A stretch of DNA of 64,000 nucleotides from Akkermansiaceae bacterium (GTDB lineage Bacteria; Verrucomicrobiota; Verrucomicrobiia; Verrucomicrobiales; Akkermansiaceae), in assembly GCA_051251915.1 (NCBI GenBank), contig JBPOGF010000019.1:36126-100125 (forward strand), read 5' to 3'. The notes under the pieces are model-generated. The model had not been told where the DNA came from. It saw only the letters and a program-made list of their open reading frames with translations, and made no database searches. Numbering within the stretch: the stretch's first letter is position 1; each line of letters starts with the position of its first letter. The position numbers and the translations under genes were made by a program. This document shows, piece by piece, positions 12,181 to 20,142 of this stretch.

Positions 12181-13689
12181 TTATTTGAGCTGAATCTTAA
12201 AGCCGATCACTGGTGACTTTGGCATGGTTTTGGGTAGGTCAATGATTAAGCTAGAGGAAGACTGCTTCCAAGTGATGTTTTCAGTGCTGCCTAGTAGTTG
12301 GATAGTAGCGATTTCTTTTTCGAGGAGACCTGCTGTGGCGAGAGTTTTGATTTCGATGTCTCTGGTAGGTGATCCTAGGATGAAGGCGTAGAGGTTGGAG
12401 TCTTTTTGGGTGAAGCGAATGTCTTGTTGTGAAAAGGGTTTGTTGTTCTCTCCTTGGCGTCCTTCTTTCATTTGGATAGGGCCTTCGCCGAAGCTTTTCC
12501 ATGGGCGGGTTCCGTAGATGCCTTCGCCGTTAGTTTTTAGAAACTCTCCGAAGGCGGTGATGTATGCGGCTTGGTTCTCGGGTAGGGTTCCATCGCCACG
12601 GAGGGCGACATTGAGCATTACGGTGCCGTTTTTGCTGATGGCATCTACGGCGTTGCCAATCATGACTGGGATGGTCATGCGGTTGGTTGCGCCTTTGCGA
12701 TAGAACCATCCGCCTGAGAGGTCGGTCGCCCACATCCAGGGCTCGGGTTTGATCTCTGCGGCGCTACCACGTTCGCAGTTGTAGGTGAATGAGCTGCGGT
12801 CTACGTTGCCGTTTTTGAAGGATAGGACCGTTGTTTGTTTGCCGTTGTTTTCTTTGAGGTCTCGATTAATGAAATCTGAAAATAATTTTACGCCGAGGCC
12901 TTTTCCTGAGCCTATTTTGGGATAGGGGGCATCGTTGTTGAACATGTCAGGGTCGTATTTTTCGATGATTTCCCAGCAGCGAGCATACCAGTGTTGGTTC
13001 CAGCTATCTTGTTTTGAGTAGTGTTTAGGATCGTAATCCATGCTGAAAAGTTTGGACTCTAGTGTGCCTGGTTTCTGGTGTTGGCGTGCGTTGTGGAAGA
13101 AGGCTGGTGACCAGTAGAGGTGGGTAGATACGCCGAATTTTAGCCCATGTTTTTGTGCTGCATTTTTCCATTCTAGGAGGGTGTCGCGTTTTGGTCCCAT
13201 TTTTACTGAGTTCCACGGGTGGGAGGAGTCGTACATGTCGAAGTTGTCGTGGTGGGTAGCTACTGGCATGATGAATCGGGCACCGTTGGCTTTGAAAAAT
13301 TTTACGAGACCTTCTGGATCCCATTTCTCGCCTTTAAATAGGGGGACTAGATCCTCATAGCCGAATTCGGAGGGTGGGCCGTATCGTTTGGTGTGGAATG
13401 CGGTGAGTGCTTGGGTCATTTCTAGCTGCTTGCCTTGTTCTTTGTCATTTGGGCCATACATTCGGCGACCGTAGTGTGAGCCGTCTTTAGGCCGATTTTC
13501 ATCAATGGATGAGGGGATTCCCCAGTGGGTCCAGACTCCGATTTTGCCGTCTTGAAACCATTCTGGTGCTTTGTAGTTCTGCGCCATGGACTCCCATGTG
13601 GGCTTTATTTCATCTGCTGAGATGACTAGATTAGTTGAGGTTGCTAGAGCGATGGATGTGGCGATAATTGCTGAGATGTTTTTTCTCAT
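12181..13689 (-). CDS. Alpha-L-fucosidase (GH29), secreted
   Basis: PTWESM..Y..PEWFQDGKIGVWTHWG, ATHHDNF, WNSVKMGPKRD, DAISKNGTVMLNV, NGEGIYGTRPW. Confidence 0.92.
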   Translation of the reverse strand: MRKNISAIIATSIALATSTNLVISADEIKPTWESMAQNYKAPEWFQDGKIGVWTHWGIPSSIDENRPKDGSHYGRRMYGPNDKEQGKQLEMTQALTAFHTKRYGPPSEFGYEDLVPLFKGEKWDPEGLVKFFKANGARFIMPVATHHDNFDMYDSSHPWNSVKMGPKRDTLLEWKNAAQKHGLKFGVSTHLYWSPAFFHNARQHQKPGTLESKLFSMDYDPKHYSKQDSWNQHWYARCWEIIEKYDPDMFNNDAPYPKIGSGKGLGVKLFSDFINRDLKENNGKQTTVLSFKNGNVDRSSFTYNCERGSAAEIKPEPWMWATDLSGGWFYRKGATNRMTIPVMIGNAVDAISKNGTVMLNVALRGDGTLPENQAAYITAFGEFLKTNGEGIYGTRPWKSFGEGPIQMKEGRQGENNKPFSQQDIRFTQKDSNLYAFILGSPTRDIEIKTLATAGLLEKEIATIQLLGSTENITWKQSSSSLIIDLPKTMPKSPVIGFKIQLK

Positions 13690-13942
13690 TGGTATAGGGT
13701 GTTGGGGTTATTTAGCTGCGTTCACGTTGAGCTTTTTGAGGAGTTCTAGGCTTGTGGTCATGTGGGAGTTAAAGATTCCGCGATCTTAGCCTTTGAATGG
13801 AAATGGTTTCGTGTTTTGTGTTTCGCAGAATCTTGATAAGTTAGCTATAGAGAGTCATAACGAAAGTAGAAAAATGGATGAGTGGAGGGTAGTTCGTTAA
13901 ATAAACTTTGAAATCAGATGCTGGTTAGAGTAAAAGTAATTC

Positions 13943-14170
13943 ATGAAGATTGAGATCGAGTATTGCCAGATGTGAAATTATGAACCGAAAGCGGCTAGTT
14001 TAGCTGCTGAGCTTAAGAAATCATACGGTATGGACTCAACACTCATTCCTGGTAGTGGAGGAGTTTTTATTGTTACTGTGGATGGGAGCATTGTTTATAA
14101 TAAGAAGGAGACAGGGAGGTTTCCGGAGGAAGGTGAGGTTGTTGGGTTGATAGATTCTGGGATCTCTTAA
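13943..14170 (+). CDS. Rdx/SelW-SelT-SelH family selenoprotein, 75 aa, in-frame UGA = Sec (CxxU)
   Basis: Hand translation MKIEIEYCQM-U(TGA 13973-13975)-NYEPKAASLAAELKKSYGMDSTLIPGSGGVFIVTVDGSIVYNKKETGRFPEEGEVVGLIDSGIS*. Rdx hallmarks IEYCxxU, GxGGVFxVxVDG and GRFP lie on both sides of the UGA. Absent from the ORF track. Confidence 0.88.
13990..14008 (+). promoter_or_regulatory. Bacterial SECIS-like hairpin
   Basis: AGCGGCTA-GTT-TAGCTGCT: 8-bp stem (one G-U), G-initiated apical loop starting 22 nt after the UGA. Confidence 0.7.
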
Positions 14171-14399
14171 AGGAGTAGGTTTTCTTTATGCGACTACTTT
14201 AGTGGCTGGATTTGAGATTACGGAAAATGAAAGTATTTTTGAGTGAAAGCGGGGTAATTGGCTGTGGTTTAGAATAAAAAAGCCATAAAATACTTGCATC
14301 TCCAGTCATTTTTGCTAAATGAGCCATCCCGCTTTGCGCACAGTGCGCATAAATAATCTGCGGAGCACAGTTATTAACCACGAAAAATAGAGTATCATT

Positions 14400-14774
14400 A
14401 TGGCACGTATTTTGGGAATAGAAATTCCAAACGAGAAGCGCATCGAAGCTTCTCTCCAGTATATTTACGGTATTGGGAGCACAAGAGCAGTTAAGATCTT
14501 AGATCATGCTAGTGTGAGTCCAGATATCCGTACAGGTCAACTTTCAGAAGAACAACTAGTGAAGATCGCGTCAGTGATTACTCAAGAGGAGTTCGTCATT
14601 GAAGGTGATCTTCGTCGTGAACTTCAAGGTAACTTGAAGCGTCTTCAATCCATCAACTGCTACCGTGGCCAATGTCATAAGCGTGGACTTCCTGTAAGAG
14701 GTCAGCGTACTAAGACAAATGCTCGCACACGTAAAGGTAAGAAGCGTTCAGTTTCTGCACCAGGCAAGAAGTAA
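14400..14774 (+). CDS. rpsM: 30S ribosomal protein S13
   Basis: MARILGIEIP...GLPVRGQRTKTNARTRKG. Confidence 0.98.
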   Translation: MARILGIEIPNEKRIEASLQYIYGIGSTRAVKILDHASVSPDIRTGQLSEEQLVKIASVITQEEFVIEGDLRRELQGNLKRLQSINCYRGQCHKRGLPVRGQRTKTNARTRKGKKRSVSAPGKK

Positions 14775-14799
14775 CCATTAACTAGAGATCATTAAAATA

Positions 14800-15366
14800 A
14801 TGTCTGAAGAAAATAACACAGAAGCAACTGACGCTGTTAAAGAAGAAGTCGCAGCTCCAGTTGAGGCAACTGTAGAAGCACCTAAGGAAGAGAAGAAAGC
14901 TGAGGAAACTCCAGCTACTGAAACTCCTAAGAAGGATGAGAAGAAGAAAGACATCTTCGCTGAGATCGCCGGTGGCGAAGAAGAAGTTGTAAAAATTCAC
15001 AAAGCAAAAGGCAGCAAGAACGTTAGCACAGGAATCGTGCACGTAACTGCTACTTTCAACAACACTCTCGTTAGCGTGACTGATCCAATGGGTAATTCCA
15101 TCGGCTGGTCATCTGCTGGTAAGATGGGCTTCAAAGGTTCTCGTAAGAGCACCGCTTATGCAGCTCAGGTAGTATCCCAAGACGCATGCCGTCAGGCAAT
15201 GTCTCACGGTCTTAAGACTGTTGAGGTGCGTGTAAAGGGACCTGGCGCAGGTCGTGAGTCAGCAGTGAGAGCTGCACAGGGACTTGGACTTGATATTTCA
15301 GCAATCAAAGACGTAACAGCTATTCCACACAATGGTTGCCGTCCTAAGAAGGCTCGTCGCGTATAA
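14800..15366 (+). CDS. rpsK: 30S ribosomal protein S11 with long acidic N-terminal extension
   Basis: [44 protein letters not shown]. Confidence 0.98.
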   Translation: MSEENNTEATDAVKEEVAAPVEATVEAPKEEKKAEETPATETPKKDEKKKDIFAEIAGGEEEVVKIHKAKGSKNVSTGIVHVTATFNNTLVSVTDPMGNSIGWSSAGKMGFKGSRKSTAYAAQVVSQDACRQAMSHGLKTVEVRVKGPGAGRESAVRAAQGLGLDISAIKDVTAIPHNGCRPKKARRV

Positions 15367-15405
15367 TTCTAACTACCAACACTAACAACTAACAATTTTT
15401 AAATT

Positions 15406-16017
15406 ATGGCACGCTATATAGGCCCAAAAGATAAAATCAGTCGTCGATTCGGAGTAGCACTCTTCGGACCATCAAAGGCACTTGAGCGCAGAAACTTCCC
15501 TCCAGGACAACACGGATTCCGTGCTGGACGTAAGAAGAAGTCTGACTACTCAATCGCACTCGGTGAAAAGCAGAAACTACGTTTCCAATACGGAGTTCTA
15601 GAGAAGCAGTTCCGTGGATACTATGCAGAAGCAGCACGTCGCCGTGCGGTTACTGGTGATACACTCTGCCAACTTCTTGAGACTCGTCTTGATAACGTTT
15701 GTTACAGACTTGGACTCGGAAACACACGTTCAGCTGCACGTCAGCTTGTAAACCACGGACACATCACAGTGAACGGCACTAAGACTGACATCGCGTCATT
15801 CCAGTGCAAGCCAGGTGACGTGATCAAGGTAGGACCAAGAGCAGCTTCACAGCAGCTAGGCCTCCGCGCTCTTGATCTCACACAGGCAGTTCCACTTAAA
15901 GAGTGGCTCACACTTGACCGTGACGCAATGGCAGGAACAGTTGCCCGCGTCCCAGAAGAAGAGGACATGGATCACGGTGTAAACGTTCAGCTTGTTGTTG
16001 AACTTTACTCAAGATAA
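15406..16017 (+). CDS. rpsD: 30S ribosomal protein S4
   Basis: MARYIGPK, PPGQHG, EKQKLR, LETRLDN, ARQLVNHGH, VVELYSR. Confidence 0.98.
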   Translation: MARYIGPKDKISRRFGVALFGPSKALERRNFPPGQHGFRAGRKKKSDYSIALGEKQKLRFQYGVLEKQFRGYYAEAARRRAVTGDTLCQLLETRLDNVCYRLGLGNTRSAARQLVNHGHITVNGTKTDIASFQCKPGDVIKVGPRAASQQLGLRALDLTQAVPLKEWLTLDRDAMAGTVARVPEEEDMDHGVNVQLVVELYSR

Positions 16018-16042
16018 TCTCTCTGAGATTTACAACATTTTT

Positions 16043-16074
16043 AAAGGGCGCATCGTTTACGGTGCGTCTTTTTT
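16043..16074 (+). terminator. Intrinsic terminator after rpsD
   Basis: AAAGGGCGCATCG-TTTA-CGGTGCGTCTTT followed by a T-run. Confidence 0.85.
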
Positions 16075-16092
16075 GTTGCTTTAAACCTGACC

Positions 16093-16455
16093 TTATAACC
16101 CGAGCTGCGCTAGAATGGTTAGTATCTGTATAAAGAGGGTGGTCAATGATAAGAGAACACCACCAGCTAGAATTGGTTTTAAGCTTTGTGGCGCATCAAA
16201 ATATTTTTCAAAGCTAGAAGTTAGATAAAGGGAGAAACAAATATTTATAAAGAAGCTCATCCAGAAGCCTATGTAGGTAACAGTCAGAGAGCAGGTGATA
16301 CCGTCCTTAAATCCAGTTTCGTTGACTAAAATGAAGATGATGGGGATGGCTAGAAATGGAGTCGAGAATTAGCCTTAGTATAATCTATCGTGAGGATATG
16401 CTTTACGCTTTAGTTGTGGTGTTATCCTACCTTGGGGTTTGTATTGAAGGGCCAT
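16093..16455 (-). pseudogene. Possible degraded small membrane-protein gene with two in-frame TAA
   Basis: One minus-strand frame reads MALQYKPQGRITPQLKRKAYPHDRLY*G*FSTPFLAIPIIFILV...YIGFWMSFFINICFSLYL...ILAGGVLLSLTTLFIQILTILAQLGL*, with three hydrophobic segments. Confidence 0.4.
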
Positions 16456-16542
16456 GATTACTTTATGATAGTCATGTTTGTGAAGGCTTAATGATTTCTT
16501 TGTGAAAAGTTTGAGTGTTGTTATATTTTTGCATTAAGGCAT

Positions 16543-16577
16543 AAAAAAACACAGCCTCTCGTGTGAGAAGCTGTGTT
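16543..16577 (-). terminator. Intrinsic terminator of porin gene
   Basis: AAAAAAACACAGCCTCTC-GTGT-GAGAAGCTGTGTT. Confidence 0.75.
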
Positions 16578-16652
16578 CTGAACTAGATCCAGAATCTATG
16601 AAAAATATACTACCAGACTAGGAGTAGGAATTTCATGAGAACAATACGTACT

Positions 16653-16686
16653 ACTGTGATGAACCTAGAACTGTGATGAACCTAGA
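16653..16686. repeat. Exact 17-bp tandem duplication (ACTGTGATGAACCTAGA x2) spanning the porin stop codon
   Basis: Read directly at 16653-16669 and 16670-16686. Confidence 0.9.
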
Positions 16687-17890
16687 AATACATTCTGTAA
16701 GCGAGCCAGAGAGTAGTTGCGTCTACGTCACCGTCTTGTGCAGTTAGTGTTTCGTATTCAACACCTGTCATGATCTTGCTGTTGTGACCACAGAAGAAGT
16801 AGTTAAGGCCAGCATAGATGCTGTGGTGTGCATCACCTCTGCCACCGCCGAGATCAGTGTCACCGAGCTCTGCACGACGAACGTAACGAGAGTTCATGCG
16901 GACGCCTTCTTCTTCGCTAGATCCTTGGAACTGGTAGCGAGTAACAAACTCAAGTTTGTCTTCGATGATGTATTTAGATGGCATGACTACTAGACCGTAG
17001 AATGCTCCTTCGCGGTCTGAATTGCTTTGCTCTCCGTTGTCACCAACTACGAGGTTTACCATGAGATCCCAGTCTGCGACTTGTCCGTTCCAGGCTGCTG
17101 ATGCTACCCACTCGTAACCTACTTCGATTTGGTCGTCGTCAGTTCCTTGGTCCATGTTGTAGAATACGTCGAAGAGGATGTCTCCACCGAGTGCTTCTAC
17201 TGATGTGCTGGCGTAGATTGCATTACCTGCATCCCAGTTGCCGATGAAGTCGCTGTCGTCGAGGCTGAGGAAGCCGAGTGTTCCTGCTAGTCCGCCGCGT
17301 TCGAAATCGAGTGTGAAACCAGTGAAACGGCCGTCAGCGATTTTGTTAGAGAGAGCTGAGCGCTCAACAGTTTTGATCTTTTTAGATGATGTGTGTGACT
17401 GGCTGCCGATCTCGATCTTGTGACGACCGTAGGTGAGCTCAAGTGAGTCGAATCCCATGATGTCTTTCTTTTTGTAAGAAAACTTCATTTGGTCGAAGTC
17501 TTGGTAACCGAACTCGCGGTCTCCACCAGTTGGCTTGTCATCGTCTTCGAGGTTTACGTTACCTTTGATTTGAAGGCCGTTGAATGCTTTGATTTTCATT
17601 CCTGCGCGGAGGCGGCGAACTTCTTCAAAGTCGTTGTTAAAATCTTTTCCGTTTACGTCAGATCCATCTACATAAGCATATTGTCCTTGGAAGCGACCGA
17701 AAACGCTCACTTCTTGGATGAATGGATTGCTCTTGTCGTTGTAGAGCATTCCGAAGTTTTGCAATGTGCTGCAGAAGTCACCACTGTTAGATTCAGGTTG
17801 AGCTACTACAGGAGCATCAATTGGCCCTGCTACTGCTGCGCCTGAAAGGGCGATAGCACCGATTATTGTTTTTACTACGTTGTTTTCCAT
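16682..17890 (-). CDS. Outer-membrane porin, phosphate-selective OprO/OprP-like
   Basis: Signal peptide, GRFQGQY, EVRRLRAG, TSSKKIKTVERSAL, GLNYFF, and C-terminal YRMYF beta-barrel signature. Confidence 0.8.
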   Translation of the reverse strand: MENNVVKTIIGAIALSGAAVAGPIDAPVVAQPESNSGDFCSTLQNFGMLYNDKSNPFIQEVSVFGRFQGQYAYVDGSDVNGKDFNNDFEEVRRLRAGMKIKAFNGLQIKGNVNLEDDDKPTGGDREFGYQDFDQMKFSYKKKDIMGFDSLELTYGRHKIEIGSQSHTSSKKIKTVERSALSNKIADGRFTGFTLDFERGGLAGTLGFLSLDDSDFIGNWDAGNAIYASTSVEALGGDILFDVFYNMDQGTDDDQIEVGYEWVASAAWNGQVADWDLMVNLVVGDNGEQSNSDREGAFYGLVVMPSKYIIEDKLEFVTRYQFQGSSEEEGVRMNSRYVRRAELGDTDLGGGRGDAHHSIYAGLNYFFCGHNSKIMTGVEYETLTAQDGDVDATTLWLAYRMYF

Positions 17891-18002
17891 GATTGTTGTT
17901 TGTTAGTAATAATGTGAGATGGTGGCTTCTTTTGTTTGAAGTTCTGGCCCTCTCACAACTGCGGATGTTTTGTCAGATAATTTAGATTGTAGAATTTTTT
18001 AA

Positions 18003-18020
18003 ATGTGAAGAAATTGACAC
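18003..18020 (-). promoter_or_regulatory. Pho-box-like site upstream of porin
   Basis: Minus strand GTGTCAA-TTTC-TTCACAT, half-sites at 11-bp period; resembles CTGTCAT-N4-CTGTCAC. Confidence 0.4.
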
Positions 18021-18040
18021 TTATGGATGGTGATGTGGTT

Positions 18041-19249
18041 TTACCTCACTTCGATGATGCTGACTTCTCCTTTACCTGGTTTTCCTTCATCGCCGGTGAG
18101 GATGTAAGTTTTACCGGCTTGTTTCTGGATGATGATTCCTTCTGGTCTACTGCCTACAGGGACGCTGGCTATTTTTTTAGGTGTAGACGGATTTGAGATA
18201 TCCATGATGAGTGTGGTGTCGGCTCGTTCGATGGCGATGGCTAGGTAGAGCTTACCACTTTGTCTGAACATGTAGACTCCCTCGGGGTCACAGCGTTCTC
18301 CGGTGCCGCTTAGTGATCTAACATTTATTCTAGTGATGAAGCGAGGCGTTTGACTTAGGTTGGCGGAGTTGACTTGGAAGAGTGAGACTGTGTCGCTCCC
18401 TTCCTCGGCGATGGCGAGGAGTTTGCTTGAGCCGTAGTTGATGAGGTTGGCTCCGTCTGGGAGTGATCCGCTGGGTAGCTTAATGATGCTGGCTACTTTT
18501 GGTGAGGAGTTGAGGGGGACAATGACTACGGCATTGTCGTCTTGGCAAGCTACAGCCGCGAAGCTGGAGCTGGAATCGATCCCTACAAACTCAGGCTCGA
18601 CTCTGCCGGCGGGTCTGCCGATGGCTTCTGCTAGTCCTGCTACTTTGTAGACGGGTAGTGTGGAGCTTGAACCTAGTTTTGTGAGGTCTACGAGTATGAT
18701 GGCTCCTGGTGTGCTGGAGCTACCTTCGGCTTCATCTGCGATGACGGCCCATTTACCATTTGGTGAAATGGCGATGCTGTCGAGGTGGATGCCAATTTCT
18801 TGGTCGAGGAGGAATTTTGTTTGGCCGGATTTAGCGGCGTTGAGGTCGAAGGCGACTAGGCGCCCAGCTGAGCCGTTGACGGCAGCTAGTGCGATGTTTT
18901 TTTTAGGGTGGACTGCTACGCTGGTAGGTTCGCCGTTAGTGTTGATGCCTTGGATGCCAGATTTGGTAGGATCTTGATCAATAGGGGTAAGTTTTCCAGA
19001 ACTTAGGTCTGGAGCGGAGATGACGGTAATGTCTTTTGAAACTGAGTTGGTGGTGAGGAGGAGTTTGGTGGAGGCTGAGTAGGAGATGATTTCACTGCAT
19101 CTTCCGGGGGTGTCATAGGTGGTGACTTTTCTAACATTTGCTTGCTCGAAAGATTTCTGTGAGGCTGAGCTATTAGATTGTTGGGCGCATTGTGTTAGAG
19201 CTGTAGTGAGTGCGGTGAGGCAGAGTAACTGCGATAAATTTTTTGTCAT
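18041..19249 (-). CDS. Choice-of-anchor I / alkaline-phosphatase-associated beta-propeller lipoprotein
   Basis: Lipobox-like ALTQC, then SEII.Y, PTSVAV, DSIAISPNG..AVIADE.EG, EPEFV, CQDDNA, PEG...IAIER and PEG...GDE motifs. Confidence 0.7.
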   Translation of the reverse strand: MTKNLSQLLCLTALTTALTQCAQQSNSSASQKSFEQANVRKVTTYDTPGRCSEIISYSASTKLLLTTNSVSKDITVISAPDLSSGKLTPIDQDPTKSGIQGINTNGEPTSVAVHPKKNIALAAVNGSAGRLVAFDLNAAKSGQTKFLLDQEIGIHLDSIAISPNGKWAVIADEAEGSSSTPGAIILVDLTKLGSSSTLPVYKVAGLAEAIGRPAGRVEPEFVGIDSSSSFAAVACQDDNAVVIVPLNSSPKVASIIKLPSGSLPDGANLINYGSSKLLAIAEEGSDTVSLFQVNSANLSQTPRFITRINVRSLSGTGERCDPEGVYMFRQSGKLYLAIAIERADTTLIMDISNPSTPKKIASVPVGSRPEGIIIQKQAGKTYILTGDEGKPGKGEVSIIEVR

Positions 19250-19294
19250 GTGAAGCTTCTAGCGAGCTGCATGATAAAAAAGGAGCTAGTTAAA

Positions 19295-19312
19295 TTGACA
19301 AAAATGTCACAT
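19295..19312 (-). promoter_or_regulatory. Pho-box-like site upstream of the choice-of-anchor I gene
   Basis: Minus strand ATGTGAC-ATTT-TTGTCAA (11-bp period); also contains the inverted repeat TGACA-N4-TGTCA. Confidence 0.45.
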
Positions 19313-19344
19313 GTGGAGGCTCTGTTTTTTGATAAGCTTTGAGT

Positions 19345-19974
19345 TTAGGCGGCTTTGTTCATTAAGAAGAATTGCCATTCTTTGATGCCAAGTGTGTTTT
19401 TTAGAGTGAGTGTTACTGGCACGGCTTTTGGTTCGAGTGGGGTGGTGCGGAGTTTGAGGCCGGCTTCTGCTGGTGTTTTGTCACCTTTCTGGGAGTTGAG
19501 GAGGCGTTCGCATAATACGCAATTTTCCCAGCTGGTTTCACCGCCTCGTGACTGAGGCATGATGTGGTCTATGCTGGCTTCTGAGAAGTTGAGTGTTTTT
19601 CCTGAATACTGACAGGTGCCGCCGTCACGAAGCCAGAGTGCCTTTAGGCCGAACTTAGGGCGGAAGAGGGGGACTTTATTGAAGCTTTTAAGGATAACAA
19701 TTGTAGGTATTCTGACGGATCCACGGGCTGTGCCGATGGAGTGGTCTTGTTCGCGGATGTCTAGGTTCATCCAGTCGGACCATGGGGTTGGAGTCATGTT
19801 ATTCTCGCCGTCTATGTCTAGGCCGTCTGCGTTTGCTGATACGAGATGAGAGAATGCGTCTGCGGGGCTGATGACTGCTATGGCTTGCCAATTTCGATTT
19901 AATACTAAGACACAGTGGTCATGGATCCGGCTTCTGTTTTTCGCTTGAGTGTGCGAGTTACTTTGCTGTTTCAT
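19345..19974 (-). CDS. HNH endonuclease family protein
   Basis: LVLNRNWQAI, RDGGTCQYSG, SIDHIMPQSRGG.TSWENCV, NSQKGDKTPAEAGL. Confidence 0.9.
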   Translation of the reverse strand: MKQQSNSHTQAKNRSRIHDHCVLVLNRNWQAIAVISPADAFSHLVSANADGLDIDGENNMTPTPWSDWMNLDIREQDHSIGTARGSVRIPTIVILKSFNKVPLFRPKFGLKALWLRDGGTCQYSGKTLNFSEASIDHIMPQSRGGETSWENCVLCERLLNSQKGDKTPAEAGLKLRTTPLEPKAVPVTLTLKNTLGIKEWQFFLMNKAA

Positions 19975-20142
19975 GGTAAGTAAATGTGGTTGGTCAAAAA
20001 TAATTATTTAAGACTTGTTAACATTTAATCATTTATCCTGAATGTCTGCAACGGAAAAAATGTGATGAGAATGGCAGGAAGGCTAAAGCTGGGTGCTATT
20101 GGTTAGGTCTTTTAGTATTCTTCTGGATCTCTCTAGGTCTGC

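Noticed and set aside
13708..13761. 17-aa minus-strand ORF MTTSLELLKKLNVNAAK just upstream of the fucosidase
   Set aside because: Too short to support; it could be a 3' remnant of a lost gene, but I recognise no motif.
19345..19974. HNH nuclease as a defence or mobile system
   Set aside because: It is a solitary, widespread HNH type with no methylase, ATPase, repeats or intron-like context.
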